Virus record (IMG/VR): IMGVR_UViG_2877953467_000004
Location: 1 to 32,124 of that record
DNA length: 32,124 nt
Reading direction: 5' to 3' (one strand)
Origin: a virus
Taxonomy: Duplodnaviria > Heunggongvirae > Uroviricota > Caudoviricetes
The position numbers and the translations under genes were made by a program. The notes below the pieces were generated by a model that had not been told where the DNA came from, did not search any database, and saw only the letters and a list, made by a program, of their open reading frames with translations. Below are positions 18,159 to 28,355 of the stretch, one piece after another (position 1 is the first letter of the stretch; each line of letters begins with the position of its first letter).

Positions 18159-19217
18159 TTACGCTCCGGTTTCTGCTGCTGCGGCGCTGAAGTCGCCAAT
18201 CTGGATGTTTTCCACCAGTGCGGCGCAGCGGTAGTCCTCAACCACATAGGCTTCGTTAACGGATTCAAAGTTTTCAATCCGGTCACGTTTCGGGTTGTCG
18301 ATAACTGAGCGGCGGCGGGTGTCTTCCTGCCAGTAGATGGACAGGTTATCCAGACGGGTGATCAGCAGTGCATTCGGCGGGAAGAACGGCGCACGCACGG
18401 CCTGCAGGCCACCCATGCGTTTCTGACTGATGATCATATCGGCAGCCAGTTTTTCACTGTTTTCCTGCTCTTTGTTGACCAGCGGGAAATACTTGTCAGA
18501 CAGCAGTTCACGACCGCAAATCACCACCAGATCGTCATCGTCCTGGTAGACCACATCGATAAGCTCATTGACGGCATCCATCACCACGGCGTCCAGGTTG
18601 GCATATTCGCCACCTTTCCCGACTTTCACCGCACCCGGTGTGGTTTCACCGCCCGTGGTGGTGCTGCCCATGACGTGATCCGGTGCATCTTCACGGATTT
18701 TCTGCAGCCAGCCTTTGTTCACATCCTGCAGCAGCGGGTTTTCGCTACGGTTGGAGGTTTTCGCACGCTTCACGCCGTTAAAGCCGATCATGATGCGGTC
18801 CAGAGCCTGACGTTTCACGATGGCGTCACGGATGCGCACCTGGAAATCCTGAAACTTCGCCCACAGGTCCAGCTTCGCGTAGGTCAGCACCGTGTCAAAG
18901 TTGGTCTGCTCGCATTTGTATTCCACATCGACCATCAGCGTCGGATCGACAGGTTCACGCTCTTTCGCGGTGGTGTCAGTGGTTCCGGCAATGGTGCTGC
19001 CAACTCCCAGCCCCAGCAGCTGACCGGACTGCTCAGTCACTGGCGTGACGTTAATCAGCGTCAGGAAAGCGGCGGACTGCTGGATCTGGTCTTCCAGCGT
19101 CTGCTGCACAGACGGCTCCACGGTGAACTTGCTGGACAGTTCTTCAACTGCCACACCGTTCAGACGCGCCAGCTGCTGCAGGTAAGCGTTAAAAGCAAAG
19201 CGGGTATTCTTCTTCAT
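18159..19217 (-). CDS. N: Major capsid protein N
   Basis: N-terminus MKKNTRFAFNAYLQQLARLNGV...FTVEPSVQQTL parallels P2 gpN. Confidence 0.92.
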   Translation of the reverse strand: MKKNTRFAFNAYLQQLARLNGVAVEELSSKFTVEPSVQQTLEDQIQQSAAFLTLINVTPVTEQSGQLLGLGVGSTIAGTTDTTAKEREPVDPTLMVDVEYKCEQTNFDTVLTYAKLDLWAKFQDFQVRIRDAIVKRQALDRIMIGFNGVKRAKTSNRSENPLLQDVNKGWLQKIREDAPDHVMGSTTTGGETTPGAVKVGKGGEYANLDAVVMDAVNELIDVVYQDDDDLVVICGRELLSDKYFPLVNKEQENSEKLAADMIISQKRMGGLQAVRAPFFPPNALLITRLDNLSIYWQEDTRRRSVIDNPKRDRIENFESVNEAYVVEDYRCAALVENIQIGDFSAAAAETGA

Positions 19218-19233
19218 CGGGTTTTGTGCTCCA

Positions 19234-20067
19234 TCAGCAATTGGTCAGAGTGTCAGCGGGGGCGTTACCGCCTGTTGCACGCTGGCGGTAGTCCTGGCGA
19301 CTGTCTTCATGACTCAGCTTGTCCACCAGTTCGTTAAAGGCGGTTTGCTGTGCCTGCAGGGCAGTCTCCAGCTCAGACAGGCGTTCTTCCTGCTCAGACA
19401 GGGATTTTTCGGTGCGTGCGCTCAGGTTCTGCTGCTCAGTGGCGACCAGCTCCACGGCCTTATGCACATCAGAGAACCGGGCGTCATCGGACTGCTCTTT
19501 TTTGGTAAACAGCGCCGTGACGCGGGCAAACAGGGATGGTTTGTCGTCCTGGATTTCTTCCAGTTCGATCACCGTTTCCTCTGCAGCGGTAAAGAGATTG
19601 GCAGGATTCTGCTTGCGGTTTGCCAACGGGTTATGGGCTGCACTGGCGCTGAATGTCAGCATTTCAGTGCCCAGACTGGCAGGGTCATCAGTTGCAGCCA
19701 GGCCGACCAGATAGGCTTTGCCCGTATCAGCGAACTTCGGGCTGACTTCCATAGAGGTGAATAATTTCTGGCCTTTTTTCACCAGTTCCACCAGGGACTC
19801 CGTTGGCTCAACGTCGGCATACAGCGCCATCTTGCCTGCCAGCGGACCTTCCGTGATTTCTTCAGCAAACAGCGCCGTCACCTTGCCGTAGCGGTTAAAG
19901 GTGCTGTCCGGCAGATAAGACTTGATGTGCTCAAGGTTAATCAGCGCGGTATACACCGCCGGGTTGTAGCTGGCTGCCATCTGTTCCAGCCATTCACGCT
20001 GGATTTCGCGTCCGTCGGTGGTGGCACCTTCCACCCCGATGCGAAAACGCTTTGCTTTCACTGTCAT
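19234..20067 (-). CDS. O: Capsid scaffolding protein O
   Basis: 277-aa ORF, first gene of the leftward head operon; C-terminal coiled coil. Confidence 0.9.
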   Translation of the reverse strand: MTVKAKRFRIGVEGATTDGREIQREWLEQMAASYNPAVYTALINLEHIKSYLPDSTFNRYGKVTALFAEEITEGPLAGKMALYADVEPTESLVELVKKGQKLFTSMEVSPKFADTGKAYLVGLAATDDPASLGTEMLTFSASAAHNPLANRKQNPANLFTAAEETVIELEEIQDDKPSLFARVTALFTKKEQSDDARFSDVHKAVELVATEQQNLSARTEKSLSEQEERLSELETALQAQQTAFNELVDKLSHEDSRQDYRQRATGGNAPADTLTNC

Positions 20068-20145
20068 GAGCCGTGCTCCGTTAGAAAAAACTTACTGGAG
20101 CCTTATGGTTGCGGTGATGGGGGCAGTGAAACAATGCGCGGTATT

Positions 20146-20163
20146 TGTACCGACAGCCACACA
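20146..20163. promoter_or_regulatory. TGT-N12-ACA dyad (Ogr-type site) in the divergent O/P late promoter region
   Basis: TGTACCGACAGCCACACA, the only such dyad in the 142-bp intergenic region; about 55 bp from the P ATG and about 87 bp from the O ATG. Confidence 0.45.
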
Positions 20164-20209
20164 AACCGCAGGCGGGGAAAGCCTTCATTCAAGGCTGTAG
20201 GTTTGTGCC

Positions 20210-21976
20210 ATGAACACCACACTGACACCCGCAGATCTCGATCCCCGTCGGCAGGCCATGCTGCTGTACTTTCAGGGATACCGCGTAGCCCGCATTGCTG
20301 AAATGCTGGGCGAGAAAGTTGCAACCGTTCACAGCTGGAAAAAACGCGACAAGTGGGGTGACTATGGGCCGCTGGATCAGATGCAGCTCACCACCGCCGC
20401 ACGCTACTGCCAGCTCATTATGAAGGAGCACAAAGAAGGGAAAGATTTCAAAGAGATTGACCTGCTGGCGCGCCAGTCGGAGCGCCATGCGCGGATCGGC
20501 AAGTTTAACAATGGCGGCAACGAAGCCGACTTAAACCCTAACGTCGCCAACCGAAACAAAGGCCCGCGTCGTCAGCCGGAAAAGAACGTTTTCACCGATG
20601 AACAGATTGAGAAGCTGGAAGAAATCTTCCATTCCTCCATGTTCAACTATCAGCGCCACTGGTGGGAAGCCGGAAAAACCAACCGCATCCGCAACCTGCT
20701 GAAGTCACGCCAGATCGGTGCGACCTTTTACTTTGCCCGTGAAGCCCTGATTGACGCCCTGCTTACCGGACGTAACCAGATTTTCCTTTCTGCCAGTAAG
20801 GCACAGGCTCACGTCTTTAAGCAGTACATCATCGACTTCGCCAAAGAAGTGGAGGTGGAGCTGAAAGGCGATCCGATGGTGCTTCCCAACGGGGCCACAC
20901 TGTATTTCCTCGGCACCAATGCCCGCACGGCCCAGAGTTACCACGGCAACCTGTATCTGGATGAATATTTCTGGATACCGAAATTCCAGGAGCTGCGCAA
21001 AGTGGCTTCCGGTATGGCTATTCACAAGAAATGGCGACAGACCTATTTTTCCACGCCATCCAGCCTGACACACAGTGCTTATCCGTTCTGGTCCGGTGCG
21101 CTGTTCAACCGTGGGCGCAACAAAGCCGACAAGGTGGACATCGACCTGTCCCACAGCAATCTGGCCCCCGGCCTGCTGTGCGCAGACGGGCAATACCGCC
21201 AGATAGTCACCGTGGAAGATGCGGTGCGCGGCGGCTGTAACCTGTTCGACCTCGACCAGTTGCGCATGGAGTACAGCCCGGACGAATACCAGAACCTGCT
21301 GATGTGCGAGTTCGTTGACGATCTCGCATCTGTGTTCCCGCTCAGCGAATTGCAGGCGTGCATGGTGGACAGCTGGGAAGTCTGGACCGACTTTCATGCA
21401 CTGGCCCTGCGCCCGTTTGGCTGGCGCGAAGTGTGGATCGGTTATGACCCGGCAAAAGGTACGCAGAACGGCGACAGCGCCGGATGCGTGGTGGTGGCTC
21501 CGCCAGCCGTGCCGGGCGGTAAGTTTCGCATTCTTGAGCGTCACCAGTGGCGCGGGATGGACTTCCGCGCCCAGGCGGACGCCATCAAAAAACTGACTGA
21601 ACAGTACAACGTGACCTATATCGGTATCGACTCAACCGGCGTCGGTCACGGGGTTTACGAGAACGTGAAAGCGTTCTTTCCTGCCGTCCGGGAGTTTGTC
21701 TACAACCCCAACGTTAAAAACGCCCTGGTACTCAAGGCCTACGACATTATCAGCCACCGCCGTCTGGAGTTTGACGCCGGACATACCGACATTGCGCAGT
21801 CATTCATGGCAATCCGTCGCGCCACCACCGCCAGTGGCAACCGCCCGACCTACGAAGCCAGCCGCAGCGAAGAAGCCAGCCATGCCGATCTGGCATGGGC
21901 AACCATGCACGCACTGTTTAACGAACCGCTGCAGGGCGAGTCCGCCAATACCAGCAATATTGTGGAGATTTTTTGA
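20210..21976 (+). CDS. P: Terminase large (ATPase) subunit P
   Basis: 588-aa ORF, terminase-like, divergent from O as in P2. Confidence 0.93.
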   Translation: MNTTLTPADLDPRRQAMLLYFQGYRVARIAEMLGEKVATVHSWKKRDKWGDYGPLDQMQLTTAARYCQLIMKEHKEGKDFKEIDLLARQSERHARIGKFNNGGNEADLNPNVANRNKGPRRQPEKNVFTDEQIEKLEEIFHSSMFNYQRHWWEAGKTNRIRNLLKSRQIGATFYFAREALIDALLTGRNQIFLSASKAQAHVFKQYIIDFAKEVEVELKGDPMVLPNGATLYFLGTNARTAQSYHGNLYLDEYFWIPKFQELRKVASGMAIHKKWRQTYFSTPSSLTHSAYPFWSGALFNRGRNKADKVDIDLSHSNLAPGLLCADGQYRQIVTVEDAVRGGCNLFDLDQLRMEYSPDEYQNLLMCEFVDDLASVFPLSELQACMVDSWEVWTDFHALALRPFGWREVWIGYDPAKGTQNGDSAGCVVVAPPAVPGGKFRILERHQWRGMDFRAQADAIKKLTEQYNVTYIGIDSTGVGHGVYENVKAFFPAVREFVYNPNVKNALVLKAYDIISHRRLEFDAGHTDIAQSFMAIRRATTASGNRPTYEASRSEEASHADLAWATMHALFNEPLQGESANTSNIVEIF

Positions 21977-23016
21977 TGAAAGAACATATCGCGCCAGGCG
22001 AAACCGTAACTGCAGAAGAAACTAAAAAACCCGTTGCTGAGGCTTTCAGCTTTGGTGATCCCATTCCTGTACTGGACCGCCGCGAACTGCTGGACTATGT
22101 GGAATGCGTACAGATGGATCGCTGGTATGAGCCGCCCGTCAGTTTTGACGGACTGGCACGAACCTTCCGCGCCGCCGTGCACCACAGCTCCCCGATCAGT
22201 GTTAAACGTGACATCATCAGCAGTACCTATATTCCACATCGCCTTCTCAGCCAGCAGGCATTTACCCGTTTTGTGCAGGACTATCTGGTTTTTGGTAACG
22301 CCTATCTGGAGAAGCGCACGAATCGCTTTGGTGAAGTTATTTCGCTGGAGCCTGCACTGGCAAAATACACCCGGCGCGGGCTTGACCTTGAAACATACTG
22401 GTTTGTGCAATACAGCCTGACGACACAGCCGTATCAGTTCACAAAAGGTAACGTCTTCCACCTGATGGAGCCGGATATCAACCAGGAGATTTATGGTCTG
22501 CCGGGTTACCTTTCTGCCATTCCGTCAGCTCTGCTCAACGAATCCGCCACGCTGTTCCGCCGCAAGTATTACATTAACGGCAGCCACGCAGGCTTCATCA
22601 TGTACATGACCGACGCCGCGCAGAACCAGGAGGATGTGAACAACATCCGCAAGGCAATGAAAAGTGCTAAAGGGCCGGGCAACTTCCGCAACCTGTTTAT
22701 GTACTCGCCTAACGGCAAAAAAGATGGCATTCAGATTATCCCGTTGTCGGAAGTCGCGGCGAAGGATGAATTTCTGAACATCAAGAACGTCAGCCGCGAT
22801 GACATGATGGCGGCTCACCGCGTACCGCCGCAAATGATGGGCATCATTCCCAACAACACTGGCGGCTTTGGTGATGTGGAAAAAGCGAGCCGTGTCTTCG
22901 TCCGCAATGAACTGATGCCACTGCAAAAGCGACTGCAGGAGCTGAATGACTGGCTGAATGAAGAGGTGATCCGTTTTGAAGCTTATGACTTAGGGCTTAA
23001 GGGCAAACGAGGCTGA
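21976..23016 (+). CDS. Q: Portal (capsid vertex) protein Q
   Basis: ATG at 21976 overlapping the P stop; conserved position before cos. Confidence 0.9.
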   Translation: MKEHIAPGETVTAEETKKPVAEAFSFGDPIPVLDRRELLDYVECVQMDRWYEPPVSFDGLARTFRAAVHHSSPISVKRDIISSTYIPHRLLSQQAFTRFVQDYLVFGNAYLEKRTNRFGEVISLEPALAKYTRRGLDLETYWFVQYSLTTQPYQFTKGNVFHLMEPDINQEIYGLPGYLSAIPSALLNESATLFRRKYYINGSHAGFIMYMTDAAQNQEDVNNIRKAMKSAKGPGNFRNLFMYSPNGKKDGIQIIPLSEVAAKDEFLNIKNVSRDDMMAAHRVPPQMMGIIPNNTGGFGDVEKASRVFVRNELMPLQKRLQELNDWLNEEVIRFEAYDLGLKGKRG

Positions 23017-23051
23017 CATACTCATAACATCAAAACCCGACCAACTCTCAC

Positions 23052-23087
23052 AACGCCTCAGCAGCATTCTGCGGGGCGTTTCTTTTT
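23052..23087 (+). terminator. Putative intrinsic terminator downstream of Q
   Basis: GC-rich imperfect hairpin followed by TCTTTTT. Confidence 0.3.
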
Positions 23088-23177
23088 GCCCTGAATCTCC
23101 CCCCCCCTCCACTAAATGAGGCCGCCAGCGGGCCAGAGGCTGTGCCGGATTTTGGCCATTTTACCCCGTTGCGCGCG

Positions 23178-23196
23178 CTCGTATCCCCGCCACGCC
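23178..23196. other. Candidate cos cohesive-end site
   Basis: Reverse complement reads GGCGTGGCGGGGATACGAG, resembling the 19-nt cohesive ends of P2/186 as I recall them (GGCG(A/T)GGCGGGGAAAGCA-); correct position between Q and the early region. Confidence 0.35.
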
Positions 23197-23245
23197 TGCC
23201 CGCTTTGTGTAGTGGTTTTCATGCACCTGCATGACATAAGCAAAA

Positions 23246-23267
23246 GCCCGCCAGTTCTGGCGGGCCT
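23246..23267 (-). terminator. Hairpin terminator downstream of the tum/dinI operon
   Basis: Perfect 9-bp stem GCCCGCCAG-ttct-CTGGCGGGC followed by a short T-run on the - strand. Confidence 0.4.
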
Positions 23268-23399
23268 GAGCAAAAACGATCCTCAAACGATCATGCGATT
23301 TCATGCGGCATAGACATGCACAACAGCACTAACGCCTCGCGTGGCTCGTTGTTCAACCTTGCGGACGGTAAAAACCAGTTTTATCGTCCGCAACGTTCG

Positions 23400-23633
23400 C
23401 TAATGTAACCAGCTGTCGTCCTCCCAGACCTGCTGCATTATTTCCATCACTCGCTTTTTATCTTCATCCAGTTTTAACCCGCTCAGCTCAACGCCGTTGG
23501 CACTGCCCTTACGGATACGAATTGCTGTTTTGGGATACAGAGGGCGCAAATTACGGTAAAGCTCGGATTCAAGGGCGTCCAGTGTAGCCTGGCTAATCTT
23601 CTGCTCTTTATCGATCATTATTTCAATGCGCAT
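23400..23633 (-). CDS. dinI: DinI-family protein
   Basis: 77-aa ORF MRIEIMIDKEQ...EIMQQVWEDDSWL resembles E. coli DinI in length and pattern. Confidence 0.8.
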   Translation of the reverse strand: MRIEIMIDKEQKISQATLDALESELYRNLRPLYPKTAIRIRKGSANGVELSGLKLDEDKKRVMEIMQQVWEDDSWLH

Positions 23634-23644
23634 ACAGATTTCCC

Positions 23645-23833
23645 TTAACTGGTTACGTCCATTGACCGGCAGTATTCATGGCTGCGGATTTTCGCCATCA
23701 GCTCGTCGGTCAATTCAGACACCCACTGGATAGCCAGCCGCTTTTCTTCGTCGCTGCACTCACTAGCCGCTACAAGCTTAATAAAAAAATCAATGCGCTG
23801 GAGCTTCAACGACTCCAAAAGATAGTCCTGCAT
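23645..23833 (-). CDS. Small SOS-regulated protein, putative Tum-like antirepressor N-module
   Basis: 62-aa ORF with GGAGG RBS, directly downstream of a LexA box and upstream of the dinI-like gene, as in the 186 tum operon. Confidence 0.5.
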   Translation of the reverse strand: MQDYLLESLKLQRIDFFIKLVAASECSDEEKRLAIQWVSELTDELMAKIRSHEYCRSMDVTS

Positions 23834-23880
23834 CTTCCCTCCTATCACGACCCCGGACATGCGTTAACTGCATGCATATC

Positions 23881-23900
23881 CACTGTTTATATATACAGTA
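23881..23900. promoter_or_regulatory. LexA operator (SOS box)
   Basis: cACTGTttATATATACAGTA matches the consensus TACTGT-N8-ACAGTA almost perfectly. Confidence 0.75.
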
Positions 23901-23994
23901 TACCCCTGATATCCAAAAGTAAAATATTTTTTATCCGTCAATGAGAACGTTCTTACGAGGGTCGTTAAGAGCATGAATTGTTAAAGCCTTGCCG

Positions 23995-26388
23995 TCAGTA
24001 CCACTGGCGCCATTTGTCATCTTCCTGCAGTCGATGGTTGCGGTAAAAAATCCGTAGCCCGGCACCTGACGGAATGCTGCCACCACGCAGAAGCAAATCA
24101 ATCTCAGATGCACTACCTTCAAACCCTCTGGCAGTCAGTTCTGCCTCAAGCTGCAGGCGCTGCTGCTCCGAAATACTCTGTTTGAATGCTTTTTTCCGCT
24201 TCGGTTTTACCAGTCTTAACCTGGCTGTCAGCTCCCGGCGTTCCTTCTGGCCCATATTGTGGAGGTAATCGTGCAGTTCCTGCTCATTCATGGTTTTAAT
24301 ATCGGGCAAATCACCCCCTGATTTGTTCAGATTTTCAACAGGGGGACAGTTATTGCCACGAGTCCAAGGGGCGCAAGCGCCCTGGTCGGCTGCCGCCTCC
24401 TGAACGTCAACGGCTTTACGAACCATTTTCCACTTCACTGCATGAGTGCAGATCTTGCCCTCTGCAATGGGTGACCAGATGCCATAAATACGAATGCCGT
24501 GATCGCCATAGGCGGTCGGCTCTTCGTTGATTTCATAAGCGGTTCTGATGAGGTGATATTTACGGGGAACCAGTACGCCGCCCTGCTTCATGATGTAGGT
24601 GGCAAAACAACCAGCATCAGCAGCAGCCAGAATGGCATCAAGACGCGGGTTATCCAGTACCGGCGCACCTGCATTTTTGTCCCCCTGTTGCCTTGCCGCC
24701 TGACCAGCCAACAATCGCAGTTCACGGTAAGCCTGACGCCCCGGAATGCCAAAGAAGCGGAATTGCTGAACACGATGCAAAGACGCCCAGGCATTCACGT
24801 ATTCAGCGTTATCACGCAGAGATTTACCCGTTTCCTTGCTGATCTCGCCAGCCAGACCACGACCGTCAATGTTCTTACTGATATATTTCGCGATGTAGCT
24901 TGTCGGCGTTCCTTTGCGCGGGTTAATCAACTCAGACTTAAAGCGCGGCCCAGTGTTATTGCCCAGCTCCTCGCGGTCTTCACGGATGGCAAACTTACGC
25001 AGTAATGCAGTGATGGCACGGCGGTCTTTTTTGCGCATGAAACACAACAGGTGCCAGTGAACTGTGCCATCATGATGCGGCTCAGCCACCCGCACGCCAT
25101 ACCAGCGCAACCCGGCTTTGTGCATCGCCTTACGAAATGCAGCAAACATGCCGACCAGATAATCGCTGCTTTGTCTTACCGTCGCGTTTGTCCAGGTCGG
25201 GTTTGGTCTGCCGTTATTTAGCGTGGAATGGAAACGCGACGGACAGGTGATAGTGTAGAAAACGGCGCAGTCACCGCGCATTTCCGCGATAAGCTCCAGA
25301 CCTTTAACACAGGCCATCATCTCATTGCGGCGATGCGCAGGGTTGCTGCTGCTGGCGTTTACCACATCCTCCATGTCCAGCGTGTCGCCGTCTTCGTTCA
25401 CCAGTTCATGAGAACGGAAAAACTCCAGCGACTTACGGCGCTGCTCACGTTTATGCATCACGGCTTCATAGCTGACATAAGGAGATGCTTTTTTGCTGAC
25501 CAGGCAAACAGCGCGCAACTGCTCTTCCCGCCATTCGCAACGCATCTTCCATAATTTCCGATACCACCAGTCGGCGCACAACATACGCGCCAGCGAACCC
25601 GGAATGAGTTCATAGGGCACGGGTTTACGGCGGTTTCTTTTCCGACGGAGTTGCTCAAACGCAGGTGGGATGACATCCAGACGCAGGGTTTCCGCTGCCA
25701 CCTTTTCCCATGTCTTGCGGATTTCTTCTGGCTTAACGTCATCGGTGGCATACAAATCACCACAAGCTGCATCAAGGCACATACTCATATGCGCAGCTAC
25801 CAGGGTGGACAGGCGTTTCACCTGATCCTGACTCATTTCAGGCAGGATCAGCAGGCCGTCCAGCCCTTCATGGCTTGCCATAAAGCGAAAAGATGCAGAT
25901 AGCTGACTGTCGCGTACATGCTCCAGTCGTTCCAGACATGGCTTAATCGTCTCACGTAAATAGCGGGAATAAGCCTTTGGCCTGCCCAGGCTGCTGAAGT
26001 ATTCAATACGTTGCATCAGCGGCTTGCTGATATGGGAAGGCTGGGCGTTGACGTCCGCCAGAATGACCATGTCTGAATTAAAACGCTGCTGCTCATGCGC
26101 CAGCTTTGCCCGGCTAATGAGCTTATCCTGCTCCATTTCGCGCTGGACAGGATCACGTGATTCATTAAAGAAATAACGCTCCCAGACCTGATCACTCAGT
26201 GCCTCGCGGCGCAACTGTTCCTGCTCGTTATCGGCAGCGTACAGAGTGATCAGGTTTGAAAGCGTAGAAACCGGCGCAACTTCCGCCGGGTCCAGATAAG
26301 GGTTAATGGCCTTTTTCGGGCTGTTCCATGAGAATGCTGCGGCAGCCTCGTTAAAGCCGCAGCAGTTGTTCATATCGGCATGAGTCAT
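23995..26388 (-). CDS. A: Replication initiation endonuclease A (rolling-circle initiator)
   Basis: 797-aa ORF at the P2 gene A position with the expected size. Confidence 0.9.
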   Translation of the reverse strand: MTHADMNNCCGFNEAAAAFSWNSPKKAINPYLDPAEVAPVSTLSNLITLYAADNEQEQLRREALSDQVWERYFFNESRDPVQREMEQDKLISRAKLAHEQQRFNSDMVILADVNAQPSHISKPLMQRIEYFSSLGRPKAYSRYLRETIKPCLERLEHVRDSQLSASFRFMASHEGLDGLLILPEMSQDQVKRLSTLVAAHMSMCLDAACGDLYATDDVKPEEIRKTWEKVAAETLRLDVIPPAFEQLRRKRNRRKPVPYELIPGSLARMLCADWWYRKLWKMRCEWREEQLRAVCLVSKKASPYVSYEAVMHKREQRRKSLEFFRSHELVNEDGDTLDMEDVVNASSSNPAHRRNEMMACVKGLELIAEMRGDCAVFYTITCPSRFHSTLNNGRPNPTWTNATVRQSSDYLVGMFAAFRKAMHKAGLRWYGVRVAEPHHDGTVHWHLLCFMRKKDRRAITALLRKFAIREDREELGNNTGPRFKSELINPRKGTPTSYIAKYISKNIDGRGLAGEISKETGKSLRDNAEYVNAWASLHRVQQFRFFGIPGRQAYRELRLLAGQAARQQGDKNAGAPVLDNPRLDAILAAADAGCFATYIMKQGGVLVPRKYHLIRTAYEINEEPTAYGDHGIRIYGIWSPIAEGKICTHAVKWKMVRKAVDVQEAAADQGACAPWTRGNNCPPVENLNKSGGDLPDIKTMNEQELHDYLHNMGQKERRELTARLRLVKPKRKKAFKQSISEQQRLQLEAELTARGFEGSASEIDLLLRGGSIPSGAGLRIFYRNHRLQEDDKWRQWY

Positions 26389-27242
26389 GCACGTACTCCG
26401 TACACGGCAGAACTATCCACGCCACGCGAATAATCAAATCCCATCCAGCAGCACGGCCCGGAAACAGCAATGATTTCTGTTGCTGATTTACCCTCGCCAG
26501 CTGCCACACCGATGCTGCGTTTTACCTTGATATAGTGGTGAGTAAAATTGCGATACAGCGAACGGATCAGGGATGTGTCACTGTTAGAAACAATGACTGG
26601 ATGTCCTTCTGATGACCGATGTTCAAGAACGGATGCCAGGTGATACTGGTCATCTTCAGTGAAACCATCAGTGTGATAGCCGGAAAACGTACCGTCATAC
26701 GGCGGATCGCAATACACCACATCTCCCGCGTGCAACATTGCCAGCGTTTCATCGAAGCTGGCGCAGATAAATGTTGCCCGCTGGGCTTTTTCTGCAAATG
26801 CACGAATTTCTTTTTCAGGGAAATACGGATTTTTATAATTACCGTAGGGAATGTTGAAATGCCCGCTCTTGTTATAGCGACATAAACCACGGTAACCGTG
26901 ACGATTGAGATACAGGAAATATACCGCTTTCATGAAATCAGTAATTTCAGTGGAGTAATTAAACTCCTGCCTTATGTTGTAATAAGCCACCTCCCTGTTT
27001 GCGATCTCAAATAAAACTCTGGCGCGAGATATAAACGATTCACAATCAGCGGCAACCTTTTTATAGAGGTTGATTAAATCAGGATTAATATCCGCAACCA
27101 AATAGCTGGGGTAATCCGTCTCCATCATCACAGCACAAGAACCCGCGAAAGGTTCAACCAGTCGCGGGCCAGCAGGAAGGTGTTTTTTCAGTTCGGACAT
27201 AATGGCGGTTTTATTACCCGCCCATTTCAGGATGGTGCTCAT
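26385..27242 (-). CDS. dam: Orphan DNA adenine methyltransferase, Dam family
   Basis: 285-aa ORF with FAGSC (AdoMet-binding) and DPPY catalytic motifs; no adjacent restriction endonuclease gene. Confidence 0.9.
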   Translation of the reverse strand: MSTILKWAGNKTAIMSELKKHLPAGPRLVEPFAGSCAVMMETDYPSYLVADINPDLINLYKKVAADCESFISRARVLFEIANREVAYYNIRQEFNYSTEITDFMKAVYFLYLNRHGYRGLCRYNKSGHFNIPYGNYKNPYFPEKEIRAFAEKAQRATFICASFDETLAMLHAGDVVYCDPPYDGTFSGYHTDGFTEDDQYHLASVLEHRSSEGHPVIVSNSDTSLIRSLYRNFTHHYIKVKRSIGVAAGEGKSATEIIAVSGPCCWMGFDYSRGVDSSAVYGVRA

Positions 27243-27466
27243 ACAGCACCTCCGTTGTAATGTTTACCTTTCAGCTCTGCGATTTCCTGACAGGTAATGC
27301 AAAGCTGCACTCCCGGAATGGCGCAGCGGCGTGCTGGCGGAATTGGCGCTTCACACTCAATGCAAAGCACGCGAGACACGCCCGGTGTTTTGGCACGGGC
27401 AGCACGGATGTGGCGCTGGCGTTCTTCTTCAACGCGCTGCTGTACGAGATCCATTGCATCAGCCAT
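27239..27466 (-). CDS. TraR/DksA-type C4 zinc-finger protein
   Basis: C-x2-C...C-x2-C motif (CIECEAPIP...CITCQ). Confidence 0.75.
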   Translation of the reverse strand: MADAMDLVQQRVEEERQRHIRAARAKTPGVSRVLCIECEAPIPPARRCAIPGVQLCITCQEIAELKGKHYNGGAV

Positions 27467-27699
27467 TAGTGGATCTCCTGCGCTTCGTTCTGGATTGCTT
27501 CAGCAGTCACACGCAGCAGTTCTGCCGCTTCGACGTGGTTTAGCTGGCGGGATGTAATATGACACGCCAGACTATCAAGGCGAGCTGCCATTGCTTCAGC
27601 CCTTGCTCGGCGTTCTTCCAGACGAGCCTCTGTCAGTAAAATATTAAGCCCTGCGTCATCCGGTCCGGTTTTGGTCGTGAGGGTTTCAATATTACGCAT
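27466..27699 (-). CDS. Small early protein of unknown function
   Basis: ATG at 27699 with AGGAG RBS; helical, Ala/Arg-rich. Confidence 0.6.
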   Translation of the reverse strand: MRNIETLTTKTGPDDAGLNILLTEARLEERRARAEAMAARLDSLACHITSRQLNHVEAAELLRVTAEAIQNEAQEIH

Positions 27700-27766
27700 A
27701 ATCAATTCTCCTGAATTTAGATAAAGGGATGCCTGGCGGGTTTACGCCATTAATTTCATTAGTTGG

Positions 27767-28108
27767 TTAATTCGGCATGGTTAGCCGTCTGGGAAATAAG
27801 CTCACCACTGCACGAAAATGATTCATTGCTTTAATCAACTCCCGCTTTTCGTCAGTGGTCAGCTCATTAATGCTGATGCTATGACGTTCAGCTGGAATTT
27901 TTGCCATAAAGAATATGGCAGCCAGTGCCCGTTTATTTTGTTCGCTATTAATATCCCGTGAATCACGCATATCTTTAATAAACCGCTCAAGCTCTGACTC
28001 AATATTCAGGCCAAAAACTTTCGCCCTTAACTCCGCAATGTGATTAAGTCCATTCAGGCGTTCACCGGGGCTTAATGGAACAGTCGCCGCAGTGCAATTA
28101 ATTGCCAT
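27767..28108 (-). CDS. Hypothetical early protein
   Basis: 113-aa ORF in the early leftward operon. Confidence 0.6.
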   Translation of the reverse strand: MAINCTAATVPLSPGERLNGLNHIAELRAKVFGLNIESELERFIKDMRDSRDINSEQNKRALAAIFFMAKIPAERHSISINELTTDEKRELIKAMNHFRAVVSLFPRRLTMPN

Positions 28109-28130
28109 AATTCATATCCCCAAAACGCAA

Positions 28131-28355
28131 CTATCGTTGTTTGTTATTACGGTAACGTTCAAGAGGAGATACATTTTTTCGTATCGTCTCTTTAACCTGC
28201 TCTCCCCGTAAAAACGTCCCATCCTTTAGCGTGAAAAAGTAACTGCCATCGCCCGACAACGACGGATAACAACAGAGCAAATCATCTTCAGGTACTGAAT
28301 AACTCTCCCCTCTGTAACGAAACTGATAAACCACTTCACCTTCCGCTGCATACAT
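28131..28355 (-). CDS. Hypothetical early protein (Cys-containing, possible Fil/Dhr-region gene)
   Basis: 74-aa ORF; overlaps the preceding ORF in a different frame. Confidence 0.45.
   Translation of the reverse strand: MYAAEGEVVYQFRYRGESYSVPEDDLLCCYPSLSGDGSYFFTLKDGTFLRGEQVKETIRKNVSPLERYRNNKQR

Noticed and set aside
18675-19337. 220-aa + strand ORF antisense to capsid gene N
   Set aside because: Contained within and antisense to the major capsid gene; no support as an independent gene.
20705-21544. 279-aa - strand ORF inside terminase gene P
   Set aside because: Antisense to a strongly supported terminase ORF; no RBS; His/Val/Ala-rich composition typical of antisense frames.
23017-23400. 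Possible small defence or moron gene in the Q-to-tum gap (the old/tin position of P2)
   Set aside because: No ORF with start signals; the gap is accounted for by terminator-like hairpins and the candidate cos site.
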